A stretch of DNA of 64,000 nt from Candidatus Marinacidobacterales bacterium (GTDB taxonomy: Bacteria; Acidobacteriota; Vicinamibacteria; Marinacidobacterales; DATDRI01). A program made the translations under genes and the position numbers. The DNA is taken from positions 2,752,001 to 2,816,000 of the forward strand of contig CBDCNP010000002.1 of NCBI GenBank assembly GCA_965219415.1. The letters run 5' to 3'. Below are positions 31,249 to 40,302 of this stretch, piece after piece; the first letter of the stretch is position 1, and each line of letters opens with the position of its first letter. The notes below the pieces were generated by a model. The model was not told the DNA's origin and ran no database searches. It was given only the letters and a program-made list of their open reading frames with translations.

Positions 31249-31459
31249 CGTCCGATTGAGTCGCTTCTACAGCCAGTGGCTGGGAGCTCCTATTTCCATC
31301 GAATTCGCTATTATAGCCTCGGCCCTCTCCGGGGGCAACCCCCCATGCCGAGCGGCCCGACCGGTAACGATCGGCAAGCGGCGGGGCTGCGACGTTGAGT
31401 CGGATTCGAGCCTCCTACGAGGAACGGCGTCTTCGAAAAGGGACTAGTGCCCCGCGAGC

Positions 31460-31798
31460 TCAGGACTTTTCCGGCTTGGCTTCGGTGAAACCTCGAAGCA
31501 CCTCCCGGTCCTCGGAAGAAAGCCTCAAGAACTCCATGCCGGTCAGGAAATCTTCGGTGGCGTTTTGCACGCGGACCACCCGAGCCTCTACCACGAGGAC
31601 GCGGCGGGGGAATAAGAGCTTTACGAAATACGAAGACCCTAGGGTGAGCACGCGTTTGACGCGGAGCAACATCCCCCCCAGGCTCACGTCCATGACAGAA
31701 CCTTCCCAGCCGTTGCCCAGCTGCGCGAAGCACTCCCCCAGGGATGGAACACGCGAGTGTCGACGACGTGTGGTTGGCCGCGGCGGCGTGGATTGCAT
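31460..31798 (-). CDS. PilZ domain protein
   Basis: RRRHSR and DVSLGG motifs. Confidence 0.8.
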   Translation of the reverse strand: MQSTPPRPTTRRRHSRVPSLGECFAQLGNGWEGSVMDVSLGGMLLRVKRVLTLGSSYFVKLLFPRRVLVVEARVVRVQNATEDFLTGMEFLRLSSEDREVLRGFTEAKPEKS

Positions 31799-31959
31799 CC
31801 CGTCTTCCGGGTTAAGAGCTACCTTGAAAAATTGCGGAACCCCTCGGATATACCGGCAAGATACAAGTCTTATCTTACTCCCAGGTGGCCTCGGAGACAA
31901 CCGCCTAGGGGTAGACTTCGTGAAAAGTGAAACTGCCCTGTATGGCTGGCGCGCTCTCT

Positions 31960-32469
31960 CTAGGTTTCCGCGCCGTCATGCGGTTCCTGGTGCTTTGTTA
32001 CGCCGGCTAGAAGATCCAGTGCGTGGGTCAACGTCGGTCGTAGGGCTTCCAATCCCTCGCTTACTGCCTTGGGATTTCCGGGGAGGGCGACGATGAGGGT
32101 GCCCCCAACCGCTCCGGCGAGGCTCCGGGAAAGAACGGCCATGGGAGTGTGACCGAGCCCATCCGCTCGCAGCAGCTCTCCGTATCCAGGGAGCTCCCGC
32201 TCGACGACTCGGCGAACCGCCTCGGGCGTTACGTCGCGAGGCCCTAGCCCGGTGCCGCCGGTGGTAAGGATGAGCTCCGCGGCGCCAGAGTCCACCCATC
32301 CTCGCAATCGCTTCTCGATTTCCCCCAGCTCATCCGTCACCGCGGCTCGGTCGACGACGTCGAAGCCCATCTCCTTCAACCCAGTCTCGGCAACCGCGCC
32401 CGAACGATCTTCGCGAGCGCCGGCTATGACGCCGTCGCTTACCGTGAGCACGACAGCTCGTCTCGTCAA
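31960..32469 (-). CDS. MogA/MoaB molybdopterin adenylyltransferase
   Basis: [25 protein letters not shown]. Confidence 0.92.
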   Translation of the reverse strand: MTRRAVVLTVSDGVIAGAREDRSGAVAETGLKEMGFDVVDRAAVTDELGEIEKRLRGWVDSGAAELILTTGGTGLGPRDVTPEAVRRVVERELPGYGELLRADGLGHTPMAVLSRSLAGAVGGTLIVALPGNPKAVSEGLEALRPTLTHALDLLAGVTKHQEPHDGAET

Positions 32470-32582
32470 CGAAACCTCCCTTTGACCCCCACCCGCTCGG
32501 CGCGTTATATATGGACAGTGCGCCTTAGTGTTGCAGAAGAAGCAGTTATTTCATTCGTCTTGGCCAGATTGTCAGTTAGCCG

Positions 32583-33566
32583 TTGGGCCCTGTCAAATAC
32601 GTCATGCATAGTATGTTGTCACCAGTAACCGCGAAATCGCTCCTGACACTACTGCTGGTTGGCGGACTCCTGACTTCCGCCTCCCACCTCGCGGGCCAAG
32701 CCAGCGACGGCGATCAACAAGTCGACGAGAGACGCTATCAGTTTCGTATCAGCGTCGACCTCATTTCCATGAACGTCACCGTGACCGACACTCGCAATCG
32801 GTTCGTGACCGACTTGGGCGCCGATGACTTTAGAGTGTTCGAAGATGGCATTCATCAAGACATCTCGGTGTTCTCCCAGGAAGACCTTCCCCTGCGCATG
32901 ATCCTCCTGCTCGACTCGAGCGCGAGCATGGAGGAGAAGATGACCTTTGCTCAGCAGGCCGCAGTTAATTTTGTGGAGACCATGAAATCCGACGACTTGA
33001 CCGAGGTGGTCGAGTTCGGCAGCAAGGCTCACATCGTCCAACCCTTCACCGCCGACGCGGAAGTACTCAGCTACGCCATTCGCCGAACCCAGGCGGGCGG
33101 TACGACGAGCCTCTACAACGCCCTCTACATCGCACTCAAAGATCTATCGAGGCGGTGGGCCGACATTCGCAGGCAGGCCATCATCGTACTATCGGACGGT
33201 GAGGATACAAGCTCGTTAGTGACGTTCGATCAGGTGTTGGAGCTAACCAAGGACACCGACGTTACGATCTACACCATTTCCCTGCGCCGTGAAGAGGGAC
33301 GGGGGAGCAAACACTTCTCGGAAGCGGAGCACGTCTTGAAGAAGCTGGCCGAGGAAACGGGCGGCCAGTGGTTCTTTCCCGGTCATATCGACGAGCTAGC
33401 GTCCACCTACGAGCGCATCGCCAAGGAGCTCAAGAGCCAGTACAACATCGGCTACGTCTCGAACAATTCGAGACGGGACGGCAGCTGGCGGCGCGTGGTG
33501 GTCCAGACGGCCTCCGATCGGCTTCTCGTCCGCACCAAGCTCGGCTACTACGCCCCTAGAAACTAG
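32583..33566 (+). CDS. Secreted VWA domain protein (Acidobacterial type)
   Basis: DSSASM MIDAS, TSLYNA, LSDGED, QYNIGY; start may be 32604 or 32613. Confidence 0.88.
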   Translation: MGPVKYVMHSMLSPVTAKSLLTLLLVGGLLTSASHLAGQASDGDQQVDERRYQFRISVDLISMNVTVTDTRNRFVTDLGADDFRVFEDGIHQDISVFSQEDLPLRMILLLDSSASMEEKMTFAQQAAVNFVETMKSDDLTEVVEFGSKAHIVQPFTADAEVLSYAIRRTQAGGTTSLYNALYIALKDLSRRWADIRRQAIIVLSDGEDTSSLVTFDQVLELTKDTDVTIYTISLRREEGRGSKHFSEAEHVLKKLAEETGGQWFFPGHIDELASTYERIAKELKSQYNIGYVSNNSRRDGSWRRVVVQTASDRLLVRTKLGYYAPRN

Positions 33567-33584
33567 ACTTCTTCCCAAAAACGA

Positions 33585-33620
33585 GAAAAGCCCGCGACCG
33601 GAAGGGTCGCGGGGCTTTTC
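33585..33620. terminator. Bidirectional hairpin terminator between convergent genes
   Basis: GAAAAGCCCGCGACC-GGAAG-GGTCGCGGGGCTTTTC. Confidence 0.75.
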
Positions 33621-33636
33621 GCTGTTCGAGTCCGAA

Positions 33637-34738
33637 CTAGTTGTAGCCCTCGGCACTGCCGAGTCCTCCCGCTTCGAAAGAGGCGGTGCTCATGGCGTTT
33701 TGTTGGTTTCGCAGGCTCACCGTCGTTGCAAACGTTCTTCTCAGACGATTGCCGTCGGCGAAGACCCCCTCCGAGGCTCCCTGGAGGTTCTGGGTCTGAC
33801 TCGTCGCGTCGATCTCGACGCTCACTGACGTAATCCACGTCGGCGGATCGTCGAAAAGCGGTAGGGCTGGGTCATCCTGGAAGTTCGGGCTCGCGCCTAC
33901 CGCAAACCGTACCTGGAGATTTTCGACGTTCATGGCCACCGGGAACCATTGGCCTCCCTCGCCGGCAATGGATAGGTCCCTCCGCTCTAGGGAGGGGTTG
34001 GCGGCAGGCGGCAGAGGATTGACGCGGTACTGCACCACTCGGAACACGCCGATGACCGAGCAGCCGGGCGTCACTTCCCCGTCGAATCCGTTCGGGTGGT
34101 TCAGCTCGGTGCCTCCACTGCCGGAGTTGTGGTTGATATTGAGCTTGCAACCGGCCATCTGCGGATCTTGAGTGACCTCGAAGGGGATGATGCCGCGTGC
34201 ATTATTTCCGTTCGTTTCGTCTCCATTGACGTCGCAATCCTGGAACTCGATGGCGAAGAGGACTTGGCCCTCGTGGTAAACATTCTCGGGATTCGACTGA
34301 GGCGGATCGAAATCGTCCGGGGCCACGAAGAGCGTGGCGGAGTTCTCAACGGTCTTACAGGGCCCGCCATCGCAGCCCAGGCCCGGGGGGCCGGGGGCCT
34401 TGCACATGAGAGGTGTGAACAGTAGGAATGTCTGGATCGGCGTAAATGATGGTTATCTCATCCGGGTTGTCGCCGCTCCCGTCGGTCCACATGATCGCGG
34501 TCGCCGATGGCGTATTGAGCCCGGCCATCGTCAGATCCCGACTGATCATGTCCAGCCCGGTGCGGGCACTCTGGTTCATGTCGGCCACTTCCGGCTCTCT
34601 CTGAAAGGTCGTCTGCGACTTCTGCAGCAACATCATCACCGATGCCATTACAATGAGGGTGATCATCGTCGCGACGAGAACCTCGATTAACGAGAAGCCT
34701 CGCTGCGATGCCGTCTGGCGGTCTTGCGCGGTATTCAT
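33637..34738 (-). CDS. PilW-like type IV minor pilin (frameshift ~34415)
   Basis: Prepilin site QRG|FSLIEVLVA; ISRDLTMAG; VENLQVRF; TVSLRN. Confidence 0.8.
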
Positions 34739-34806
34739 GCCTTCCTCCGATTTTCTCTTGCAGGCGGTCCTGTTTTGGTGACTGGGGAAACCCCAGGAGG
34801 CACTAA

Positions 34807-34822
34807 AGCAAAGTGTGTTCCA
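34807..34822 (-). promoter_or_regulatory. Sigma54 promoter of the pilW-like gene
   Basis: Minus strand TGGAACACACTTTGCT. Confidence 0.65.
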
Positions 34823-35232
34823 AGAGGCTTACAACAGGGAGGCCATCACCCGTCTCTCAAATAGCTCTCCAAGAAGCAGTTACAAGCTCAAGCCGCTTTT
34901 CGGACTGGACCACCTCGATCCATTTGGGGGGCACTCCCCCGTGGACGACGCCAAAACTGGAGAAGGGGCCGGTGACGGCGGCCTCTCTGCGCCACTATCT
35001 ACATTGTTATCAAGCGATTAAGTGGACGAACGTGGCTTGGGTCTGCTTGTGGGGATTCCCCATCGCGACCGGACAGGCCTCGAGTCGATCAGGTCGACTG
35101 TAAGCTCCGCACGACCCACTCAAAAGATCTTACATTCGAAAGGCCCAAAATGGGGGTCGCCCACCAGCCGCGAATGGCGATAACCCTCATAACCACAGCC
35201 ACTTAAAATCACTCGGCCCGGGCAAGAAAAAC

Positions 35233-35248
35233 TGGCACCCGCATTGCA
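35233..35248 (+). promoter_or_regulatory. Sigma54 promoter
   Basis: TGGCACCCGCATTGCA, near-consensus -24/-12. Confidence 0.8.
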
Positions 35249-35258
35249 ATCACTCGAG

Positions 35259-35376
35259 TTGTCTACTAACTGGATGCTTCCGAGTCAGGAAAGGGCCTGG
35301 CGCGGAGGCTCAAGCTCCCTCCTATCGTAGGCAGGAAGGGGTCCGGGCTAATCGTCCGACCCCTTCTTTACTTCTT
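35259..35376 (+). ncRNA. Candidate ~115-nt sigma54-dependent small RNA
   Basis: Lies between the sigma54 promoter and hairpin GAAGGGGTC...GACCCCTTC plus T-rich tail (35335-35376); no convincing ORF. Confidence 0.5.
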
Positions 35377-35404
35377 ACCCGCCTCTTTTTGACAGCTCCC
35401 GAGA

Positions 35405-36574
35405 TTGCGAGTAGCTTGGGCCGTGCTGGATCGAGCGTTCTTCGAAAAACTCGAGTCGGAGTCGCTCCGCACTTATGCGGCACTCAGCCGAACGTCGCGC
35501 GGCCGCAGCTTCCCCGAGCCCGAGCACGACTTCCGCACCGTATATCAAAGGGACCGAGACCGCATCATCCACTGCACCGCGTTTCGCCGTCTGGAGTACA
35601 AGACGCAGGTCTTCGTTAACCACGAGGGCGATCATTACCGCACGCGCCTGACGCACTCGCTAGAAGCTGCGCAGATATCGCGTACCATCGCCCGCGCCCT
35701 TCGGCTCAATGAAGATCTGACAGAGGCGGTCACTCTCGCGCACGATCTGGGTCATCCTCCGTTCGGGCATTCTGGCGAGGATGCCATCAACGAGTTGATG
35801 CGAGGCTACGGCGGTTTCGAACACAATCTGCAGGCGATTCGAATCGTCGACAAGCTCGAGCGGCGCTATCCGGGCTTTCGCGGTCTCAACCTGACGTTCG
35901 AGGTTCGAGAGGGCATCGTCAAACACTCGCCTCGATACCGGGAGGCCGCGCCGGCCGAGTTCATGGACGGGGCGGAGCCGGTCTTGGAGGCGCAGTTGGT
36001 AGATCTAGCGGACGAGATCGCATATACGAATCACGATTTAGAAGATGGTCTCTCGTCCGGGATTCTAAAGCTGGGAGAACTGCGGGAGGTCGACCTCTGG
36101 AAGGAACACTTCGAGCTCGCATCGGGTACTTACCCGGGCGAGGAACCCAAGGTCCAGATTCGGGTGGCGATCCGAGGCATCATCAACACACTGACCACCG
36201 ACCTCATCCGGCGAACCCTGGAAAACATCGAATCTCGAAACGTCCGCAGCCTGGAGGAGGTCCGCCAGGCGGGGCGACGTTTGGTCGAGTTCACACCCGA
36301 GGTGGAGCAAAGGAAACGAGACCTGAAGCAATTCCTGTTTAGCAACCTCTACCGCCACTATCGGGTAGTTCGGATGGCGGAAAAGGCGCAGCGCGTGGTT
36401 CGCGATCTTTTTCACGCCTATACCGCGAACCAGGAACAGCTTCCACCACATATCCAAAGATACATTCCGGAAGAGGGCCTCCACCGTGTGGCGTGTGATT
36501 ACATCGCCGGCATGACCGACCGGTTTGCCCTCGGCGAACACCACAAACTCTTCGACCCTCATGAACGCGTTTAG
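35405..36574 (+). CDS. dgt: Deoxyguanosinetriphosphate triphosphohydrolase (HD family)
   Basis: QRDRDRIIH, YRTRLTHSLE, HDLGHPPFGH, DYIAGMTD. Confidence 0.93.
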   Translation: MRVAWAVLDRAFFEKLESESLRTYAALSRTSRGRSFPEPEHDFRTVYQRDRDRIIHCTAFRRLEYKTQVFVNHEGDHYRTRLTHSLEAAQISRTIARALRLNEDLTEAVTLAHDLGHPPFGHSGEDAINELMRGYGGFEHNLQAIRIVDKLERRYPGFRGLNLTFEVREGIVKHSPRYREAAPAEFMDGAEPVLEAQLVDLADEIAYTNHDLEDGLSSGILKLGELREVDLWKEHFELASGTYPGEEPKVQIRVAIRGIINTLTTDLIRRTLENIESRNVRSLEEVRQAGRRLVEFTPEVEQRKRDLKQFLFSNLYRHYRVVRMAEKAQRVVRDLFHAYTANQEQLPPHIQRYIPEEGLHRVACDYIAGMTDRFALGEHHKLFDPHERV

Positions 36575-36584
36575 CAAGGAGTGT

Positions 36585-36712
36585 CCGCCTTCGCTGAAGC
36601 TTCCGCCTACGCTTCGCTTCGGCGAGACACGACGAAGCCCGAAGGCCGAAGTCGGTCGGCGGGACCTCGCCGAAGCTGGCTTGGTCGGATTCGTGAAGCC
36701 AGCGAAGGCGGG
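36585..36712. repeat. REP-like palindromic element with a second copy nested inside
   Basis: CCGCCTTCGCTGAAGCTTC[CGCCTACGCTTCGCTTCGGCG...GAAGTCGGTC]GGCGGGACCTCGCCGAAG...GCGAAGGCGGG. Confidence 0.7.
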
Positions 36713-37028
36713 AGCGAGCACTGAGGCGGGGTGCTCAAGAAGTTTAGGTCGTCACCCCGCGCGAGGAGCCATCAGCCGTCCCGAAGCCGCTTGCCGGCGA
36801 AGGGACAGCGGTGGGGATGGGGCCCCCCACACTTAATGAAGGAGCGAGCCCGGCCCGAGTGGGCCGTTGAGGCCGCGCGAGGAGCGTGGCCAGCGAGCGA
36901 ACGAGGAGTGAGCGAGCACTAGAAGTGTAGGGACTCCCCCTCGCCCTGGCTCTCGAACTCAATGGGTCAAAATCCTTTAATTAACTCACACAATAGGACT
37001 TAAGATGCCTCGCCGGTCGCTCCGCCAC

Positions 37029-37044
37029 TGGCACAAGCATTGCT
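37029..37044 (+). promoter_or_regulatory. Sigma54 promoter of the PilZ gene
   Basis: TGGCACAAGCATTGCT ~70 nt above ATG 37113. Confidence 0.8.
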
Positions 37045-37112
37045 ATCTTGAACCCCAGGGAGCGCCGCGCCTAGGTGCCAAGCGAATCGCTCCTTCTTAC
37101 TAAGGGGGATAC

Positions 37113-37610
37113 ATGAGCGGGACGAATGCTTTGGGAAAGGGCTCCGAGACCGATCCACCCGAGGATTCGAAGCCCAGAAAACCGGCGATTGTAGTGGTCG
37201 GGGCCCGAGATCGCGCCGATCAGGCGGCGGAGAAGAAACGAAACCCACGAGGCGGCGGAGAAGAGAATAGGAGGCACCCGCGACTCCCACTGGTGGTCAA
37301 AGCCGAGGTGGGAGCCAAGGGCCGACTCCAGAGAGGGTATCTGACGAACCTCAGCATCGGCGGCGCTTTCTTGGCCACCAAGAAACCAATCCCGTCCGGG
37401 ACCCAACTGCAGCTGCTTGTTTTCCTGCCCTGGAAACTCGGAGAGTTCAAAGCGGAGGCCGAGGTGGTATGGAGCACGGGGAAAGAAGGATCCGAGACCG
37501 ACCCCCCGGGAGTCGGCCTTGCCTTCACCACGTTAGATCCTAAGGGGAAGCGATTGTTACAGAGTTACGTCGAGAGGTTCTACCAGCTGGTAGCCCAGAT
37601 CGACGAGTAG
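37113..37610 (+). CDS. PilZ domain protein
   Basis: NRRHPR, NLSIGGAFL, GVGLAF. Confidence 0.88.
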   Translation: MSGTNALGKGSETDPPEDSKPRKPAIVVVGARDRADQAAEKKRNPRGGGEENRRHPRLPLVVKAEVGAKGRLQRGYLTNLSIGGAFLATKKPIPSGTQLQLLVFLPWKLGEFKAEAEVVWSTGKEGSETDPPGVGLAFTTLDPKGKRLLQSYVERFYQLVAQIDE

Positions 37611-37679
37611 GCCACGCTTCGATAGCCGACGGACGCGGGCGAGACACGGCCTCCCGACCAACCCTAAGACCCTAGTTCC

Positions 37680-38030
37680 CTAGTGGCGCAACCTCTTCCT
37701 ACCGTTCGTCCCGCCGAGATGATCCGCAAGGCCGAGGAAATCTCCTCGCAACCGCTCGTCGCCGTTCAACAGCCGCCACGCGTTCAGCAGCCGACGCTCG
37801 CGGGGGTCGCCAGGCAGCGTCTTCTTTTTGTCCCGCTCGTCAGGGAGAAAGTAAGCCACTGGGGTATCCAACGCCTCAGAGATTTTCTGGAGCCAGTCGA
37901 GCGAGACGCGCCGGCGTCCCTTCTCGAAGTTGGTAAGTGCTCCCGCGGATATTCCGACCATCCGCGCTAACACCTTCTGGCGGATACGTTTACTCTTTCG
38001 CACGTCCCGAATCTTTTCTCCGACCCTCAA
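37680..38030 (-). CDS. XRE-family HTH regulator
   Basis: IRDVRKSKRIRQKVLA...FEKGRR; RBS AGGAGG before TTG. Confidence 0.85.
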   Translation of the reverse strand: MRVGEKIRDVRKSKRIRQKVLARMVGISAGALTNFEKGRRRVSLDWLQKISEALDTPVAYFLPDERDKKKTLPGDPRERRLLNAWRLLNGDERLRGDFLGLADHLGGTNGRKRLRH

Positions 38031-38238
38031 GTTGAAGCCCTCCTGTTTCTCGCCATTGCATACATGCTTGACAACCCTTTATACGCCCCGGGATACCGGT
38101 CTGTGAACCCGGAAAACTACGGGCTTTCGAGAGGAAAAATTCCGGAGTCGGCGTCCACCTAGGCGGCGCAAACCCACACCGACAAATCGTGGCCCCAGCT
38201 TACCTGTTCTGTTAGCATGGTTTAGCGGAGTCGGTCGC

Positions 38239-39552
38239 ATGGAAGAAGGCATAAACGAAGTCAAGGCTAAGGCCATCGTCGAAAGGCTCGTATCGGCCGG
38301 CTATCCCTCCTACTTCGCGGGGGGTACAGTTCGAGACATGCTTCTTGAAAGAGCTCCGTCGGATATCGACATCGCCACTTCCGCCCCATCCGAAATGGTT
38401 AGCTCCCTTTTCGAAAGGACCGTCCCGGTGGGAGCCGACTTTGGGGTGATCCTCGTGATCCACGAGGGCCAGGCATTCGAAGTCGCAACCTTTCGGTCCG
38501 AGGGGCCATACCGTGACGGGAGGCGCCCTTCGTGGGTGGCTTCTGCCGAGGCGCGATCCGATGTCGCCCGGCGGGACTTTACCATCAATGGCATGCTGTA
38601 CGACCCGCTGGTCCCCGAGTTTCTCGACTGGGTGGGTGGCCGGGAAGACATCGAGAACAGGTTGATTCGCTCCATCGGAAAACCGCAAGAGCGGTTCGCG
38701 GAAGATAAGCTTCGACTGCTCCGAGCGGTCCGCCTCGCCGCCAATCTGAATTTCCAGATCGAGGCGGCAACCGGCGATGCGATTCGCCACTTTGCCTCAG
38801 AAATTCAAGTGGTGAGCGGCGAGCGCCTTCGTAACGAACTGGCCAAGCTGCTCACCGGACCCCACCCGGACGAGGGTCTTCGGTTGCTCGACCGTTACGG
38901 CCTTCTCGAGCCCATACTCCCGGAAGTCGCGACGATGAAGGGCGTGCAACAGGGCGAACGCTACCATCCGGAGGGGGACGTCTTCGCCCACACGGTAAAG
39001 ATCCTATCGCTCTTGAAGGAACCCTCCTTGAGCTTGGCGTTCTCGGCACTGCTACACGACGTCGGCAAGCCTCCGACCCGAGACCCCGTCGGCCCCGCGC
39101 TCTTTCCAAATCATGCTCGAGTCGGAGCGGACATGAGTCGAGAAATACTCCAACGGCTGCGTTTCGACCGGCCCACTCGAGAGCGCATCGTCTCGGCGGT
39201 ACAAGACCATCTCCGCTTCTTCGACGTCCGCCACATGCGCACTGTCACCCTTCGCCGCTTCCTACACAAAGATAACTTCGAAGAAGAGCTCGAGCTTCAC
39301 CGGCTCGACTGCCTGGCGGGCAGCGGGGATCTCTCGAACTGGGACTTGGTGCGAGAGAAGCAACAAGGGCTCGCTCGAGAGCCCCTTCCGACGCCCCCGC
39401 TACTTCGAGGCAGGGATCTCGTGCGCCTGGGTTTTCGCCCTGGTCCGAGAATCGGCGAGATCCTGAGAGAGGTCGAAGAAAAACGACTCGAGGGAAGCGT
39501 TCGCAGCGAAGAAGACGCCGAGACCTGGGTTAAGAATCACTACCGACCATGA
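38239..39552 (+). CDS. CCA tRNA nucleotidyltransferase with HD domain
   Basis: GGTVRD, DIDIAT, RRDFTIN, EDKLRLLRAVR, LLHDVGKP. Confidence 0.92.
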   Translation: MEEGINEVKAKAIVERLVSAGYPSYFAGGTVRDMLLERAPSDIDIATSAPSEMVSSLFERTVPVGADFGVILVIHEGQAFEVATFRSEGPYRDGRRPSWVASAEARSDVARRDFTINGMLYDPLVPEFLDWVGGREDIENRLIRSIGKPQERFAEDKLRLLRAVRLAANLNFQIEAATGDAIRHFASEIQVVSGERLRNELAKLLTGPHPDEGLRLLDRYGLLEPILPEVATMKGVQQGERYHPEGDVFAHTVKILSLLKEPSLSLAFSALLHDVGKPPTRDPVGPALFPNHARVGADMSREILQRLRFDRPTRERIVSAVQDHLRFFDVRHMRTVTLRRFLHKDNFEEELELHRLDCLAGSGDLSNWDLVREKQQGLAREPLPTPPLLRGRDLVRLGFRPGPRIGEILREVEEKRLEGSVRSEEDAETWVKNHYRP

Positions 39553-40097
39553 TCGGAGTACGTTTCGCCAGACGGGACAAGGAATTTTTCGACACCCGGC
39601 GCCCCAATCCGTTTCGGGATTTCCAACTTGGCCACCGGCCGCCAAGATGAAGGACCGACTTTCAGGAAGACTTCGACCGTTACTTGCTCCCATTCCTCGT
39701 TGTAGAACATCTGCTCCGGTTTCCCCTTAGAGAAGTAGTCGGAGTCGGAGCGGAGGGTAATGACACGGGACTCACCGCCGGGTGCCACCGGATCGCCGGA
39801 GAGAGAATACTCGAAGGCAGTGCCCCAGCTTTCGTCTGGTGTACTCGCTCTGCGGAAGACCGCCATCGTCTGAATGTAATCGACCGCCTTCGGGCCCTCG
39901 TTGCGGATGCGGAACCGCACGATGGGGCGGATGTAGGTGTCATCCCCGAACTTCCCTCGGACCGTCCAGAAGCTCACTACCTCCGACGCCTGGAGCGCCT
40001 TCGCAGCTTCTTCCTTACCGATGTCCGAGCAGGCGGGGAGAAAGAACACCACAACGAGGGCGCACGCCTTCAAGTTCATAATCCGTTGTAATTCCAA
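39540..40097 (-). CDS. Hypothetical lipoprotein
   Basis: Lipobox LPAC after a hydrophobic stretch. Confidence 0.7.
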   Translation of the reverse strand: MELQRIMNLKACALVVVFFLPACSDIGKEEAAKALQASEVVSFWTVRGKFGDDTYIRPIVRFRIRNEGPKAVDYIQTMAVFRRASTPDESWGTAFEYSLSGDPVAPGGESRVITLRSDSDYFSKGKPEQMFYNEEWEQVTVEVFLKVGPSSWRPVAKLEIPKRIGAPGVEKFLVPSGETYSDHGR

Positions 40098-40129
40098 GTG
40101 TTTCGCCGATAAATACTTCTTCCGGACTG

Positions 40130-40158
40130 TTGACAGCTCATGACCGATTCATTATTAT
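40130..40158 (+). promoter_or_regulatory. Sigma70-type promoter of the ABC operon
   Basis: TTGACA-17 nt-TATTAT. Confidence 0.65.
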
Positions 40159-40302
40159 ACCCCCCTTCCGGGGGCCTCCATCGGTTCTCTCGACGCCCTC
40201 GTGGTCAATTCCTTCAAACGCGACCGGGATACAAAGAAACCGCGCCTCGGCTCGGTTCGAATTGGCGGAGTATAATCCCTCTGGTCAAAGGAGGCGTGCA
40301 GC

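Noticed and set aside
34813-35103. Small ORFs in the pilW-dgt gap
   Set aside because: No RBS or motifs; the region is better explained as a divergent sigma54 enhancer region.
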